Shown in pieces: positions 1-9,525 of a stretch of 64,000 nucleotides of DNA. The DNA is taken from sequence record OK283619.1. One strand, given 5' to 3'. This stretch comes from Escherichia phage LPEK22. A program made the position numbers and the translations under genes. A model generated the notes under the pieces. That model was not told the DNA's origin, did not search any database, and was given only the letters and a program-made list of their open reading frames with translations. Position 1 is the stretch's first letter; each line of letters starts with the position of its first letter.

Positions 1-24
1 CTATTATCAAAATTTGGTTCGCTG

Positions 25-2319
25 TTGAAAGAAGCGGACACTCCTGTTTCTGTTGAAGCACCATTTGAAATCCGTGGGGAAATTACCCACAAACTGACTT
101 TCCATCGCGGTCGCGCTAAAAACTTTCGTTCTATCGGTAATGAATTCATGGAAATTGATTACCAACGCAACCCTGCAACCTTGGTTACATCCGATGACAA
201 TGGCGCTGGTAAATCCACCATGCTTGTCTGGCTGCTGTTCTTCGTTCTGTATAATGACACATATAGCAAGAAAGAAAAGAAAGCCGGATTAGTCAATTCC
301 CAAAACAAAAAGGAATGCGTGGGTGAAGTTGAGTTCTCCACTCGAGGAAGTGAATGGAAAGTCCGTCGTGGTATCAAACCTGATTTCGTAGAAGTCTATC
401 AGATGGTAGACGGTGAGTGGAAGCAGGTCGTGAATGATGCGGCCAAAGCCGACATGAACAAATATATTGTGAACCTGATTGGCGTAGACCAGAAGATGTT
501 TGAGAACTCCCTGGTTCTGGGCAAAGAGAAGTTCATCCCATTCACGGAAATGTACACTGCCGACCGTCGCGCTATGGTAGAGACAATCTGGGATTTGGGG
601 TTCTTCAGTCTGATGAATGAAGATGTAAAAGCATCTATCAAGACAGTAACGAATGAACTCACGACGGTCACCAATGATTACGCCTTTCATGATGTAAATT
701 TAAAAGGCCAGCAATCGCAGTTGGAACAGATCAATAATTCCAATGCGATGATCCAGCAACAATCTGCTGATATCCTTGTCCAAGAGAAGGAACGTCTGAA
801 TAGCCTGAATTCAGATATCAGCGCAGTGCAGGAACAACTGACAGAGTCCCGTGCTCAAGACTCTAAATTGGAATCAGAATTATCAGAAGTCCGTAATCGC
901 CTGAATGCCGAAATGAAAGGGGATATCGATGCCATCAATGAAGAGTATGCGGCCAAAATCCAAGCAGTTCAGGATGAAGCCGATACCAAGGCTGAAGATT
1001 ATGAACGCATAGAAGTATCCGACGGCGAAAGGTCGTTACAAGAAATCCGCGAAAGAATGGCGGTGGTCACAGAACGCAAAAACGAACTAGTCGGTCAGAG
1101 GAATGCTAATCTCGACGAACTGAATAAAGCGTTGGCGCGGCGTCAACAGGGAGAGAACTTCCGTATCAAATTCGTAACAGAAATGGAAGGACATGAATCT
1201 GCCATCAAACGTTTCCACGATATGGGCACTTGCCCTACGTGTACGCAATTAGTGTCGGACGATACCAAATCACGCATTGAAAGTCAATATTATCCACAAA
1301 TCAGTGAACTGACTGACAAGATTCTTCAGGTTGATACAGCCCTAGAAGAAGTGAATTCCCTGATTGAGAATTACAATGTCAGAGATTCAGAATTATCTTC
1401 TCAGATTTCGGTTATTGACAAAGAACTGGATGCTTTGCGCAATGAAATCCGAGAAGCGGAATCGGCGATCGCTACATTAAAACGCGACATCCAAGGATTC
1501 TATGATGTCGCTGCTGTTGAGAAAACATCTTTACAGCGGGAACAACAGTCCAAAATTAACGACGTCCTCAAGGCCGTAGACACCCGTTACGAAGATATCA
1601 CGACGTCAATCCGTCAAGCGCGTGAGCAGCTCTCTAAGAGTATCAACGACACGGCTGATAAACTCACCAGCCTGAAATCACGCCGTGCCCCTCTAGAGGC
1701 ATCCATTGCCGATTTAGAGCGTAAATTGGCGGTTAAGCCGACACCAACTGAAGCCCTGGAAGGAGAGATCGCTCGCATCACGGCATTAATGGAAGATCTG
1801 AATGCGCGGCGCGTAGAGTTGGATGAGAAATTGCAAGACCTGAACCATCTTCTGTTCTTCCTAAAAGATGATCAGACCAAGGCTCGAATTATCAGCCTGT
1901 ATTTGCCTTTCCTCAATAGTAAAATAAACGAGTATCTTGAAGCACTCAATATGTTCTTGGATATTGCTGTTGATGATACATTTGAAATCACCATGAGCGC
2001 TGCAGGTCGTAAAGGGCAAAGCATATTCTCCCTGTCTACAGGACAACGCAGCCGACTCAATCTGGCTGTGACATTAGCCCTACGGGACGTGGCCAACCTC
2101 AAGGCGTCGGTGCAATGTAACCTGTTTGTGTTAGATGAAATCCTTGAGAACATGAGCGAGCGTGGCGTACAAGAATCGGTTGAGATGCTGAAACATAAAT
2201 TTGGTGGGAACAATCTATTTGTCATCAGTCAGCGTGAGCAGGAGTTCCAAGAATATTTCCAACATAACATTCGTTATGGTCTGCGTAATGGCATGACCGA
2301 AGTGATTAAGAAGGATTGA
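25..2319 (+). CDS. SbcC/Rad50-like recombination endonuclease ATPase subunit (T4 gp46-like); 5' end uncertain, frame is open to window start
   Basis: Walker A DDNGAGKST, long coiled-coil middle, zinc-hook CPTC, C-terminal LFVLDE / FVISQ motifs; collinear with T4 gp46 as recalled (LVNSQNKKE, VRRGIKPDFVEV). Confidence 0.8.
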   Translation: MKEADTPVSVEAPFEIRGEITHKLTFHRGRAKNFRSIGNEFMEIDYQRNPATLVTSDDNGAGKSTMLVWLLFFVLYNDTYSKKEKKAGLVNSQNKKECVGEVEFSTRGSEWKVRRGIKPDFVEVYQMVDGEWKQVVNDAAKADMNKYIVNLIGVDQKMFENSLVLGKEKFIPFTEMYTADRRAMVETIWDLGFFSLMNEDVKASIKTVTNELTTVTNDYAFHDVNLKGQQSQLEQINNSNAMIQQQSADILVQEKERLNSLNSDISAVQEQLTESRAQDSKLESELSEVRNRLNAEMKGDIDAINEEYAAKIQAVQDEADTKAEDYERIEVSDGERSLQEIRERMAVVTERKNELVGQRNANLDELNKALARRQQGENFRIKFVTEMEGHESAIKRFHDMGTCPTCTQLVSDDTKSRIESQYYPQISELTDKILQVDTALEEVNSLIENYNVRDSELSSQISVIDKELDALRNEIREAESAIATLKRDIQGFYDVAAVEKTSLQREQQSKINDVLKAVDTRYEDITTSIRQAREQLSKSINDTADKLTSLKSRRAPLEASIADLERKLAVKPTPTEALEGEIARITALMEDLNARRVELDEKLQDLNHLLFFLKDDQTKARIISLYLPFLNSKINEYLEALNMFLDIAVDDTFEITMSAAGRKGQSIFSLSTGQRSRLNLAVTLALRDVANLKASVQCNLFVLDEILENMSERGVQESVEMLKHKFGGNNLFVISQREQEFQEYFQHNIRYGLRNGMTEVIKKD

Positions 2320-2630
2320 TCATGGGTAGCCTGATTCGTGTATCAAAGAAATCCAAGGGCGCTGAAAAGCGCCTGTACAAAGCCGTTCGCCTGATGATCC
2401 TCTACAAGTACAAAGCGGAGAATCAATGCTGGCGCAAGAAGACACGCGCCCGATATCAGTTGGCTCAGTACAATATGAGGCGCCATGTCGTCCGACTAGC
2501 ATTGAAGATCGCAGGGAATTACAGTTATTGGACATGTGAGGCTGTGGGTAGCCGCAAGGCCATTGACCTCATATATGACCGGAACCTGTCCTTCTTGATC
2601 AATCTATCTAATTATGAGGATATGTCATGA
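2316..2630 (+). CDS. hypothetical basic protein (104 aa)
   Basis: ORF with ATGA overlap to upstream gene; no recognisable motif. Confidence 0.4.
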   Translation: MIMGSLIRVSKKSKGAEKRLYKAVRLMILYKYKAENQCWRKKTRARYQLAQYNMRRHVVRLALKIAGNYSYWTCEAVGSRKAIDLIYDRNLSFLINLSNYEDMS

Positions 2631-2785
2631 TGGCTACTATTTGTTTGGTATTTTTGATTTTAATCACAATTTGTTCTGTGAATATGTGTTTACGCCACAT
2701 AAACTCTGGAGAAATTATCTATGGTTTTATGTACGGTGGTGTAAGCGTTTGGGCAGCATACTGGTTAGCTGATACAATCATATGA
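2630..2785 (+). CDS. small hydrophobic membrane protein (51 aa, MATICLVFLILITICSV...), not in ORF track
   Basis: Fits exactly between flanking genes with TGATG and ATGA overlaps; hydrophobic segments. Confidence 0.3.
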   Translation: MATICLVFLILITICSVNMCLRHINSGEIIYGFMYGGVSVWAAYWLADTII

Positions 2786-3111
2786 AAGTCGTCCACTTCA
2801 AGAAGGAACCACACGACGTCTACATTGGCCGTCCTGGCAAATGGGGAAACCCGTTCGAGGTCAAAGACCACGGGCGGGGAAACTGTATTGAGTTGTTTGA
2901 AGACGACTTGTATGTGCGCCTGATTGAAGGGGATATCACCGAAGATGAACTCCTTGAATTAGATGGAAAGACCTTGGGATGCTGGTGTAAGCCGCGCCCA
3001 TGTCATGGAGATGTTTATGTCAAAGTGATCGGTCGTATTAAACTATTCCGTAAGTTGGGTAAATCTTTTACTGAATATTTGAGACAAACATATGTCAGAA
3101 GAGAAAGATGA
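2782..3111 (+). CDS. DUF4326-like protein
   Basis: Motifs GRPGKWGNPF and CWCKPRPCHGDV recalled as DUF4326 signature. Confidence 0.5.
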   Translation: MKVVHFKKEPHDVYIGRPGKWGNPFEVKDHGRGNCIELFEDDLYVRLIEGDITEDELLELDGKTLGCWCKPRPCHGDVYVKVIGRIKLFRKLGKSFTEYLRQTYVRRER

Positions 3112-3376
3112 AATTCAGATTGCTTGTGATATCGCTGTCGAGTTATGGAATCAGCGAAACAAACATTATCAGGTGACGTTGACCCCAAAGCGTTATCTAG
3201 AGCAAGGTGGCTTAATAGTCGTTGATGCCGTGTTAGGTTTCAACAAATATACTGACATGCAAATCTTGGACGGGAATTTCACTATTGCTTCCAATACAGC
3301 TTGGGATGATCCTATGGAATTTGTCTACGGTTGGTTGGAATGCATCGAGGAATCATACCATCTGATCTACGAATAA
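3092..3376 (+). CDS. hypothetical protein (94 aa)
   Basis: ORF overlapping upstream gene end by 20 nt; followed by terminator hairpin. Confidence 0.4.
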   Translation: MSEEKDEIQIACDIAVELWNQRNKHYQVTLTPKRYLEQGGLIVVDAVLGFNKYTDMQILDGNFTIASNTAWDDPMEFVYGWLECIEESYHLIYE

Positions 3377-3381
3377 GGTGA

Positions 3382-3414
3382 AGGGCACTAAATATCACGT
3401 GCCCTTTATCTTTT
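3382..3414 (+). terminator. rho-independent terminator-like hairpin
   Basis: AGGGCAC / GTGCCCT stem followed by TTATCTTTT. Confidence 0.5.
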
Positions 3415-3472
3415 AACCCTGTCAGGAGGCTCCAGCGAGCTGCAAGTCGACAAACACATAAGGAACGCCATC

Positions 3473-4090
3473 ATGACGATGACAACGTTGAAGGCCATGG
3501 CCTTGTCCGTGACCTTTACCATTGCCAGCGGGAGTGTGCACGCTTCCCAAAGTACCACCCAATGTGATTACGAATTTTCTGATCAACAACTTTCAACCAT
3601 GGCCACAGCCTATCACATAGGCAAACAACAAGACCTTGGTTTCACCCTCGCCGCGATATCATGGAGGGAAAGCCGCGCCGGAGAAGATGTTGTATCCATG
3701 CGGAATAACCTCAAATCGGCTAATATGGGGGCATTTCAAAATCGCGTCCAAACCGTCGGGAAACGGGAGGGATGCAAAACACAGAAGTGTTACGCCAATG
3801 TCGCGATCAAATTACTGGTCAATCAAGAGTACGCAGCCAATGCTGCCCTTGATGAAATGAATTTCTGGCTAGAATATCATAACCAAAACATCCGCAAATC
3901 CCTTTCCTCTTACAATGCCGGTTTCAGTCGTAACCAAAAATCCAATTCATACGCTGCTGATGTCGTGAAGAAGGCTAAATATCTTCAACGATGTGTGTCT
4001 TTCAAAGGCATGGCAATAAACCCAAAGGTCGACCCAGGAGTGATCGCCATGAATAAGCGCACGATTGAGAAACTCAAGAGGACCAGATAA
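3473..4090 (+). CDS. secreted lytic-transglycosylase-like (SLT domain) protein with N-terminal signal peptide
   Basis: Hydrophobic N-terminus ending ...VHASQ; SLT-like motifs WRESRAG (Glu-Ser), GAFQ, SYNAGFS. Confidence 0.5.
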   Translation: MTMTTLKAMALSVTFTIASGSVHASQSTTQCDYEFSDQQLSTMATAYHIGKQQDLGFTLAAISWRESRAGEDVVSMRNNLKSANMGAFQNRVQTVGKREGCKTQKCYANVAIKLLVNQEYAANAALDEMNFWLEYHNQNIRKSLSSYNAGFSRNQKSNSYAADVVKKAKYLQRCVSFKGMAINPKVDPGVIAMNKRTIEKLKRTR

Positions 4091-4728
4091 TGAATATCAC
4101 TCCATCTCAGACCGGATACGAGCACTTAATGGTGTTTATTGCGATTCAGGGGGCAAAAGAAGGCATCATTACTTCAGAATATTCCGGTACAATGCGCCTT
4201 GCGGATTATGTCGCGCCTGAAGCATTCATCAAGAAATGCATTGACGCTTGGTGCCTTTATGCGCTCGGCACGTATCCATCCCCTCCTGCTGGTGAGTTAT
4301 TGTTTACCATACCGACTCCGGCAACTGGTGACACAGACGCGATATTCGCTGATATGCTGTCAAAGGGTTATCTGACATATGACAGTGCTCACGGCGTGTA
4401 TGATTTTTCTGCGCTGAATCGTATCTTCGGATTCACCATAACTTCTGAAGCCAATATTCCTGATTATGGAATACTAGCATGGGGCGTCGACGGTTTGGGG
4501 GCAACATATGCATCTTCGGATGTCGGTCCTGTGTTGATAGACCCAGGGGTGACGATGGAGCAATACATGTCACAATTCCCTCAGCATAATGTTACCGGAA
4601 GCGACATCATTATTGTCTATCCTGGTTCTAATGCGTTGTCCCGCCTGGTGGACGGCTGGAAGCCTCAGCTGAAGGACATTGTCTCTGGAATCAGGTTCCA
4701 TATTCCCGTTGTCAATCCAACACCTTAA
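4090..4728 (+). CDS. hypothetical protein (212 aa)
   Basis: ORF, TAATG overlap with upstream gene. Confidence 0.5.
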   Translation: MNITPSQTGYEHLMVFIAIQGAKEGIITSEYSGTMRLADYVAPEAFIKKCIDAWCLYALGTYPSPPAGELLFTIPTPATGDTDAIFADMLSKGYLTYDSAHGVYDFSALNRIFGFTITSEANIPDYGILAWGVDGLGATYASSDVGPVLIDPGVTMEQYMSQFPQHNVTGSDIIIVYPGSNALSRLVDGWKPQLKDIVSGIRFHIPVVNPTP

Positions 4729-4742
4729 AATATTCAATAAAA

Positions 4743-4760
4743 GGGGCAAAAGCCCCTTTA
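4743..4760 (+). terminator. terminator hairpin merging into promoter -35
   Basis: GGGGC-AAAA-GCCCC followed by TTTAC. Confidence 0.5.
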
Positions 4761-4784
4761 CTTCTTCAATAACCCACGTATAAT
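4757..4784 (+). promoter_or_regulatory. sigma70-like early promoter TTTAC-N17-TATAAT
   Basis: TTTAC (about 4757) and TATAAT (about 4779), then conserved leader before ATG 4833. Confidence 0.5.
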
Positions 4785-4832
4785 TCTAAACATAAGCAGT
4801 ACGACACCAACTTGAAAAGCAGGAACTACATT

Positions 4833-5108
4833 ATGAAAATCATCCTCGACGCATATATCCGTTACGGCAGCAAATGGTTGATGGCCAAAGTTTACGACGG
4901 TGAAGAATTAGTCCACGCCCAAACCGCCCCTTCTGAACAATTGCGTGAAATTATGAAACGCGATTTTCCTACTGCTGAAATGATTGAACCTGCCAACCAA
5001 ACCGAAGTTGACAAAGAATGGGAACGCGAATGGAGTCCGGCGGCGTTGGCACAATTTGATAAGAATTACAACAATCGCCAAAACGCGTCTCGCCCGTTCC
5101 GTCGTTAA
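4833..5108 (+). CDS. hypothetical small protein; start placed at ATG after conserved leader AGCAGGAACTACATTATG
   Basis: Downstream of terminator-promoter cassette; AGGA Shine-Dalgarno 8 nt upstream. Confidence 0.5.
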   Translation: MKIILDAYIRYGSKWLMAKVYDGEELVHAQTAPSEQLREIMKRDFPTAEMIEPANQTEVDKEWEREWSPAALAQFDKNYNNRQNASRPFRR

Positions 5109-5186
5109 GAATAAAGGGGTGTTAGCATCCCTTTCTTTTCGCTAATTAAGGGAAACCGCACCGATTTTATAATCAGGAGAATTACA

Positions 5187-7568
5187 ATGGCCATCCCATC
5201 TTTCTTGAACTTTCTTGAAGAGTCTAAACAATTAGACGAAGCGTTTAACTCATCCCCGTATGAATTGACATTCGGCAAGAAGAACGCTGGCGACATTTTC
5301 TTCACATTTGTTGATGAAGACGAAAAAGAATTCCGCATCCAATTTTATACCCCGCAGGGGCTGGGCAAGAACGTTCGTCAGGTCTTCATAGGCCAGAAAC
5401 GTGGTTCGACCTATCCAGACGCAATCGGTCGTTTCAAAAACCCAATGCGTGTCATCGCATCCATGATCGAAGCAACAAAGCAATTCATGGCGACGCCTTT
5501 GGGGAAAACCATTGACGGCTTTGCAATTAACTTCTCCAAGAAAGCATTGGAACGTGGTGTTACCCTCCTGCCGAAGATCATCCGTCAGTCCGGCCTGAAG
5601 CAGAAGCTCAATGTCATGGACCTGACGTATACCCCTATCCCTGATCGTGCATTCGTATGGGTTGTGCGTAAAGGTAAGGATCCTGCTCAGGTATTCGATG
5701 GTCCGAAAATGAAAGGCGTGACTTGGGACGACCCAGACAAAGTCGGTGACGTTCCTGACCAGAAAAATAATCCTGATGTGGGTGTATCATCTTCTGTTGA
5801 TGATTCCAACGGCTGGAAATTAACTTCAGACGGGAATCAGCCTATGATGATATGGAGTGGTAGAGAGAAAGGTCGCTTAGTCACGGCAAATATCGCCCCT
5901 CACTACAATGAGCCTGGTGTGTATGTTGGTGCCTACATGAATGAGAAATCTGTGCGCGGACAAAGTGCTGATTTTATTGCTCGTCAGTTGAAATTACCGC
6001 AAGTCCCTATCAGTATCCTGAATGATTTTACCACGGCGTCCACAAAATTCTGGAAAGGTTCTCAACAGAAATCTGCGCCTGTAGATTCCAACACCACAAT
6101 CGGTGCAACCAGCATCGAACAACTGATCGACAGCGGTTTCGTCGCCCGTGTGTTGGGTATCATTGATACCAACATTGATCAGAAAGCAAGCTACCTCCCA
6201 GGAGAAAGCATTAAGAAAATCGGACAGGCGCGTTATCAAACCAAAGGCGGTCTAGTGATCATTGTCAGCTTCGATTCGGTCGACGGTAAGAATCTGAAGT
6301 ACAGCGTGTTCTCTGAGATCGAAACTCAACCTGGTGTCATCTCTGGTGATGCTCGTCGGGTGGCAAACGAAGTCATGGAAACCATCACATACGTGGCTGA
6401 ACATCAGTATCGCGGTGAATGGGAAATCAACGCAGTGCCGATGAGCGCTCCATACCCTATCAAGTCCATCCGTCATTCTCGGGGCTGGGGCTATGTAGAG
6501 ACCGCAAATTGGACTCTGAAAATAGCCGATGCGGTTCTGAATCGCGTGAAACCAGGGAATACCGCTCTGTTGGAACTCAACAAAGAGCCTCTGCGCGGCA
6601 AGCACCTTCTGGAAATCATTCCAGAGAAGGGCGACAAGACTCTGATGCTAAAAGATCGCAGCGGAGCCATCTACGGTTCCATTGATCTGAATGCTCAGGG
6701 TGCGGATCTGGTCAACTCCGGAACCCTGAAAATCCCGAGCAACGCCATGGTATTTGGTGAGACTGTTAATGGTATGTCTGTCACATGGACTGGCGTCAAT
6801 TTCCCGAAAGGCGGGAAGTATGACGGCGCGGTGTTGACAACTAATGTGACCTATTACTACGACAAAGGTAAAGTAGCATTCACTCCGATGGTCTCTAACA
6901 AAGGTCGCACCCTGAACAATCCGAAAACATATGAACTTCCTTTGAAGAAAGAATTTGTTCAAGGTGTTCTTGATGATACCTCTGACGAGATGAGTATGGT
7001 GACGAGGAACATGCAGACCCTCGTCAGCACGAATTACAACCCGAAACAAGTCTTCCTCAATGATATCTACGTGGACGACAGCGGCGCGGTGCTCTGGCGC
7101 GGCCACAACATGGGTGATCGCCGTACGACAGAGATCATGCTAAACGCCATAAGCAAAGAAACCGAACGTCTGGAAAAAGAACCAGGGACTACCAAGAAGA
7201 CGGGTGTCGACCTCGCAACATATGCTGGTTCTATCCGCGACAATGCTCCGAAAGGGCGCGATCTGGATTGGCAGATCTATGCAAGCCGTGATGGTCAAAC
7301 ACTGAACGTGGACTGGGATATCACTTTCCGTCGCAATACGACCGAAGGAGCATATCGTGAATTCAAGGATCAGATCAACCGTGCCAACCAATACCTGCAA
7401 ACGGTATACAACGACGCGAAATCTAAAGGCTATAATCCTACCGTGCCAAATCTCATGACTCTTGAACGCGCTCGCCAATCCGACGAATGGGCTGTGAGTA
7501 ATGGTGATAGTGCATACAGTGAATATGAACAATCGCTGGGTGGTAATCTTCAGATTAGTCTGAAATAA
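5187..7568 (+). CDS. large hypothetical protein (793 aa)
   Basis: Long ORF with AGGAGA SD; no motif recognised. Confidence 0.6.
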   Translation: MAIPSFLNFLEESKQLDEAFNSSPYELTFGKKNAGDIFFTFVDEDEKEFRIQFYTPQGLGKNVRQVFIGQKRGSTYPDAIGRFKNPMRVIASMIEATKQFMATPLGKTIDGFAINFSKKALERGVTLLPKIIRQSGLKQKLNVMDLTYTPIPDRAFVWVVRKGKDPAQVFDGPKMKGVTWDDPDKVGDVPDQKNNPDVGVSSSVDDSNGWKLTSDGNQPMMIWSGREKGRLVTANIAPHYNEPGVYVGAYMNEKSVRGQSADFIARQLKLPQVPISILNDFTTASTKFWKGSQQKSAPVDSNTTIGATSIEQLIDSGFVARVLGIIDTNIDQKASYLPGESIKKIGQARYQTKGGLVIIVSFDSVDGKNLKYSVFSEIETQPGVISGDARRVANEVMETITYVAEHQYRGEWEINAVPMSAPYPIKSIRHSRGWGYVETANWTLKIADAVLNRVKPGNTALLELNKEPLRGKHLLEIIPEKGDKTLMLKDRSGAIYGSIDLNAQGADLVNSGTLKIPSNAMVFGETVNGMSVTWTGVNFPKGGKYDGAVLTTNVTYYYDKGKVAFTPMVSNKGRTLNNPKTYELPLKKEFVQGVLDDTSDEMSMVTRNMQTLVSTNYNPKQVFLNDIYVDDSGAVLWRGHNMGDRRTTEIMLNAISKETERLEKEPGTTKKTGVDLATYAGSIRDNAPKGRDLDWQIYASRDGQTLNVDWDITFRRNTTEGAYREFKDQINRANQYLQTVYNDAKSKGYNPTVPNLMTLERARQSDEWAVSNGDSAYSEYEQSLGGNLQISLK

Positions 7569-7619
7569 GTCATAGCCCCTTCGGGGGCTAAATACATCAA
7601 AATCCTTAGGAGATCCACG

Positions 7620-8189
7620 ATGAAACCGTTTATCGAATATTTTAAAGAACAAGCTCAACAACCGCAAACTCATGGCGGCATACAAGGCAAAAGTGTAACC
7701 ATCACCAAACAGGCCGACGGAACCCAATGGTGTACTGGTGCCACCGTGACCCAGATCACTCCAGATAATCAGGCCGACATCTATAATCTGGAATTGACTA
7801 ACGGCAACACCACCAAAGTAAAACTCACACCGGACCAGGTTCATGCGGTTTCTGTGGGCAAAGATGTTGTTGCCGTTCATGACGGTTTTGAGTTCTTCTT
7901 TGGGAAAGATGCCAGCAAAGGTCAGGTCACAGAATCCTATGCCCAAGAATTGGCGAACATGGATAAGATGATCGGTAAAGCGCTGGGCGTTGGCAAATCT
8001 CGTAAAAGCGGTCGTACAGAGTTTGAATATTCCGGTATTCCTGGTATTGGAAAACCTGTCGCAATCGACTTCGGCGGAGAAGACGATCCATATGTAATTG
8101 TCACAGTCGCTGGCAAACAGCATGACATCAGTAAGGGGAAAACCCTAGCTGCGGACATTGCCAAATATATTGGCGTTAAACCTGTCTAA
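7620..8189 (+). CDS. hypothetical protein (189 aa)
   Basis: ORF with SD TAGGAGA. Confidence 0.55.
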   Translation: MKPFIEYFKEQAQQPQTHGGIQGKSVTITKQADGTQWCTGATVTQITPDNQADIYNLELTNGNTTKVKLTPDQVHAVSVGKDVVAVHDGFEFFFGKDASKGQVTESYAQELANMDKMIGKALGVGKSRKSGRTEFEYSGIPGIGKPVAIDFGGEDDPYVIVTVAGKQHDISKGKTLAADIAKYIGVKPV

Positions 8190-8198
8190 GGAGGTTGT

Positions 8199-8441
8199 AT
8201 GAAAGGATTCCAGGACTTCCTCTTGAAGGAAGCAAAGGTTGACCATCGCCGCCTTGGGCAGCAGGGCATGTACGACATCACGGATGTTGGTCGTCCAACC
8301 AAAGGCGAGCTGATCGATTACTACAATCGCAACGGTGATAAGCGGCAGGGGAAAGTGAAGTCCGTGAACGCGCAAGACATCATGACCCTGACAGACACCG
8401 ACACGGGTGAAACCGTCAAGATGACTCTGGTCAAGCCGTGA
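8199..8441 (+). CDS. hypothetical protein (80 aa)
   Basis: ORF with SD AGGAGG; terminator hairpin follows. Confidence 0.5.
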   Translation: MKGFQDFLLKEAKVDHRRLGQQGMYDITDVGRPTKGELIDYYNRNGDKRQGKVKSVNAQDIMTLTDTDTGETVKMTLVKP

Positions 8442-8447
8442 TTACAA

Positions 8448-8478
8448 TCCCCCTAAATACAGGGGGATTTTCTTTTTA
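8448..8478 (+). terminator. rho-independent terminator
   Basis: ATCCCCCT / GGGGGAT stem followed by TTTCTTTTT. Confidence 0.6.
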
Positions 8479-8490
8479 GGGGTAAATATC

Positions 8491-8844
8491 ATGGTCAATG
8501 CGAGTATATTCATCAACCGTGGACTGCTTGCTATAGCCCACTCTCATGCCCTCCACTTCGTTACAACGTCCTATGCCAAGCACAAGGCACTCGGGGAGTT
8601 CTACGGGGAACTGGAGGACTTGCTAGACACCTTTACGGAAGCGTATATTGGTGCGGGTGGTATATACATTCCAGGATTCGAGAACATCAAATTGTACAAT
8701 CCTGAACCGATATCGTATATCAACAGCGTGGTCATCGACGTTAATGGGATCTACAATCAGTGTGATAGCCATTTACAAAACACGCTTGACGAAATCAAAA
8801 CTTTGTGCTATCAAACGATTTACAAACTGAAGCAATTGTCCTAA
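8491..8844 (+). CDS. hypothetical protein (117 aa)
   Basis: ORF. Confidence 0.45.
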   Translation: MVNASIFINRGLLAIAHSHALHFVTTSYAKHKALGEFYGELEDLLDTFTEAYIGAGGIYIPGFENIKLYNPEPISYINSVVIDVNGIYNQCDSHLQNTLDEIKTLCYQTIYKLKQLS

Positions 8845-8907
8845 CTCAATAGGATCATCGTCAGGTTATAATTTTGCCCATTCGTCATCAATAGGATACA
8901 GATAACA

Positions 8908-9525
8908 ATGGGCAAAATCTTTATACCTTCTCACTCAGAAGGTTGTCAAATCGCTGCAAAATTTCTACACAAACAAATGAATTGTGGTGCTGTGTTCGTA
9001 GAACCAAATTCATTCGATAATCGTGAATCCCCTGACGCCATCGGGTTCAGACCTGGGGGTTGTTCTATATTAATGGAAGTTAAAGTCTCCCGCGCCGACT
9101 TCCTGACAGACAAAAAGAAACCTCATCGCATGAATCCTTCCATAGGCATGGGAGCATATCGTTTCTATGTTTGCCCAGCAGATGTTATTAAAATTGAAGA
9201 CCTCCCTCCCAAGTGGGGTTTGTTGTACTTCACCCCTAGAAAATCTTTGAAGCCCGTTCACGTTCCGAATATGCAATATTCCTCTTTGTCTTCACCGGAA
9301 CATTATGCATCATATTTGTCTAAATCTTTGGACAAAAGAAGACCTACAGATATCCCTCATTATCTATTAGGGTACAAACAGATGCTGGAAGAATTCGCCC
9401 ACTTTGAACGCAATCAGGTTGCGGAACAAAATATTTTGTATGGGGCTTGGCGACAGCTTTGCATAGCTCAAAGTCGCGGGGTGGATTATAATGTGACAGA
9501 AGTGTTCCAGAGGCCAAATATCTAA
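8908..9525 (+). CDS. PD-(D/E)xK nuclease-like protein (MmcB-like fold suspected)
   Basis: Motif DAIGFRPGG...ILMEVKVSRADF resembles D...E-x-K nuclease core. Confidence 0.4.
   Translation: MGKIFIPSHSEGCQIAAKFLHKQMNCGAVFVEPNSFDNRESPDAIGFRPGGCSILMEVKVSRADFLTDKKKPHRMNPSIGMGAYRFYVCPADVIKIEDLPPKWGLLYFTPRKSLKPVHVPNMQYSSLSSPEHYASYLSKSLDKRRPTDIPHYLLGYKQMLEEFAHFERNQVAEQNILYGAWRQLCIAQSRGVDYNVTEVFQRPNI

Noticed and set aside
289-690. Minus-strand ORFs inside the gp46-like gene (also 159..377 and 399..674)
   Set aside because: Antisense to a confidently identified SbcC/Rad50-like gene
7140-8123. 327-aa minus-strand ORF
   Set aside because: Antisense to two well-supported plus-strand genes (5187..7568 and 7620..8189); composition is typical of antisense translation and it has no ribosome-binding site
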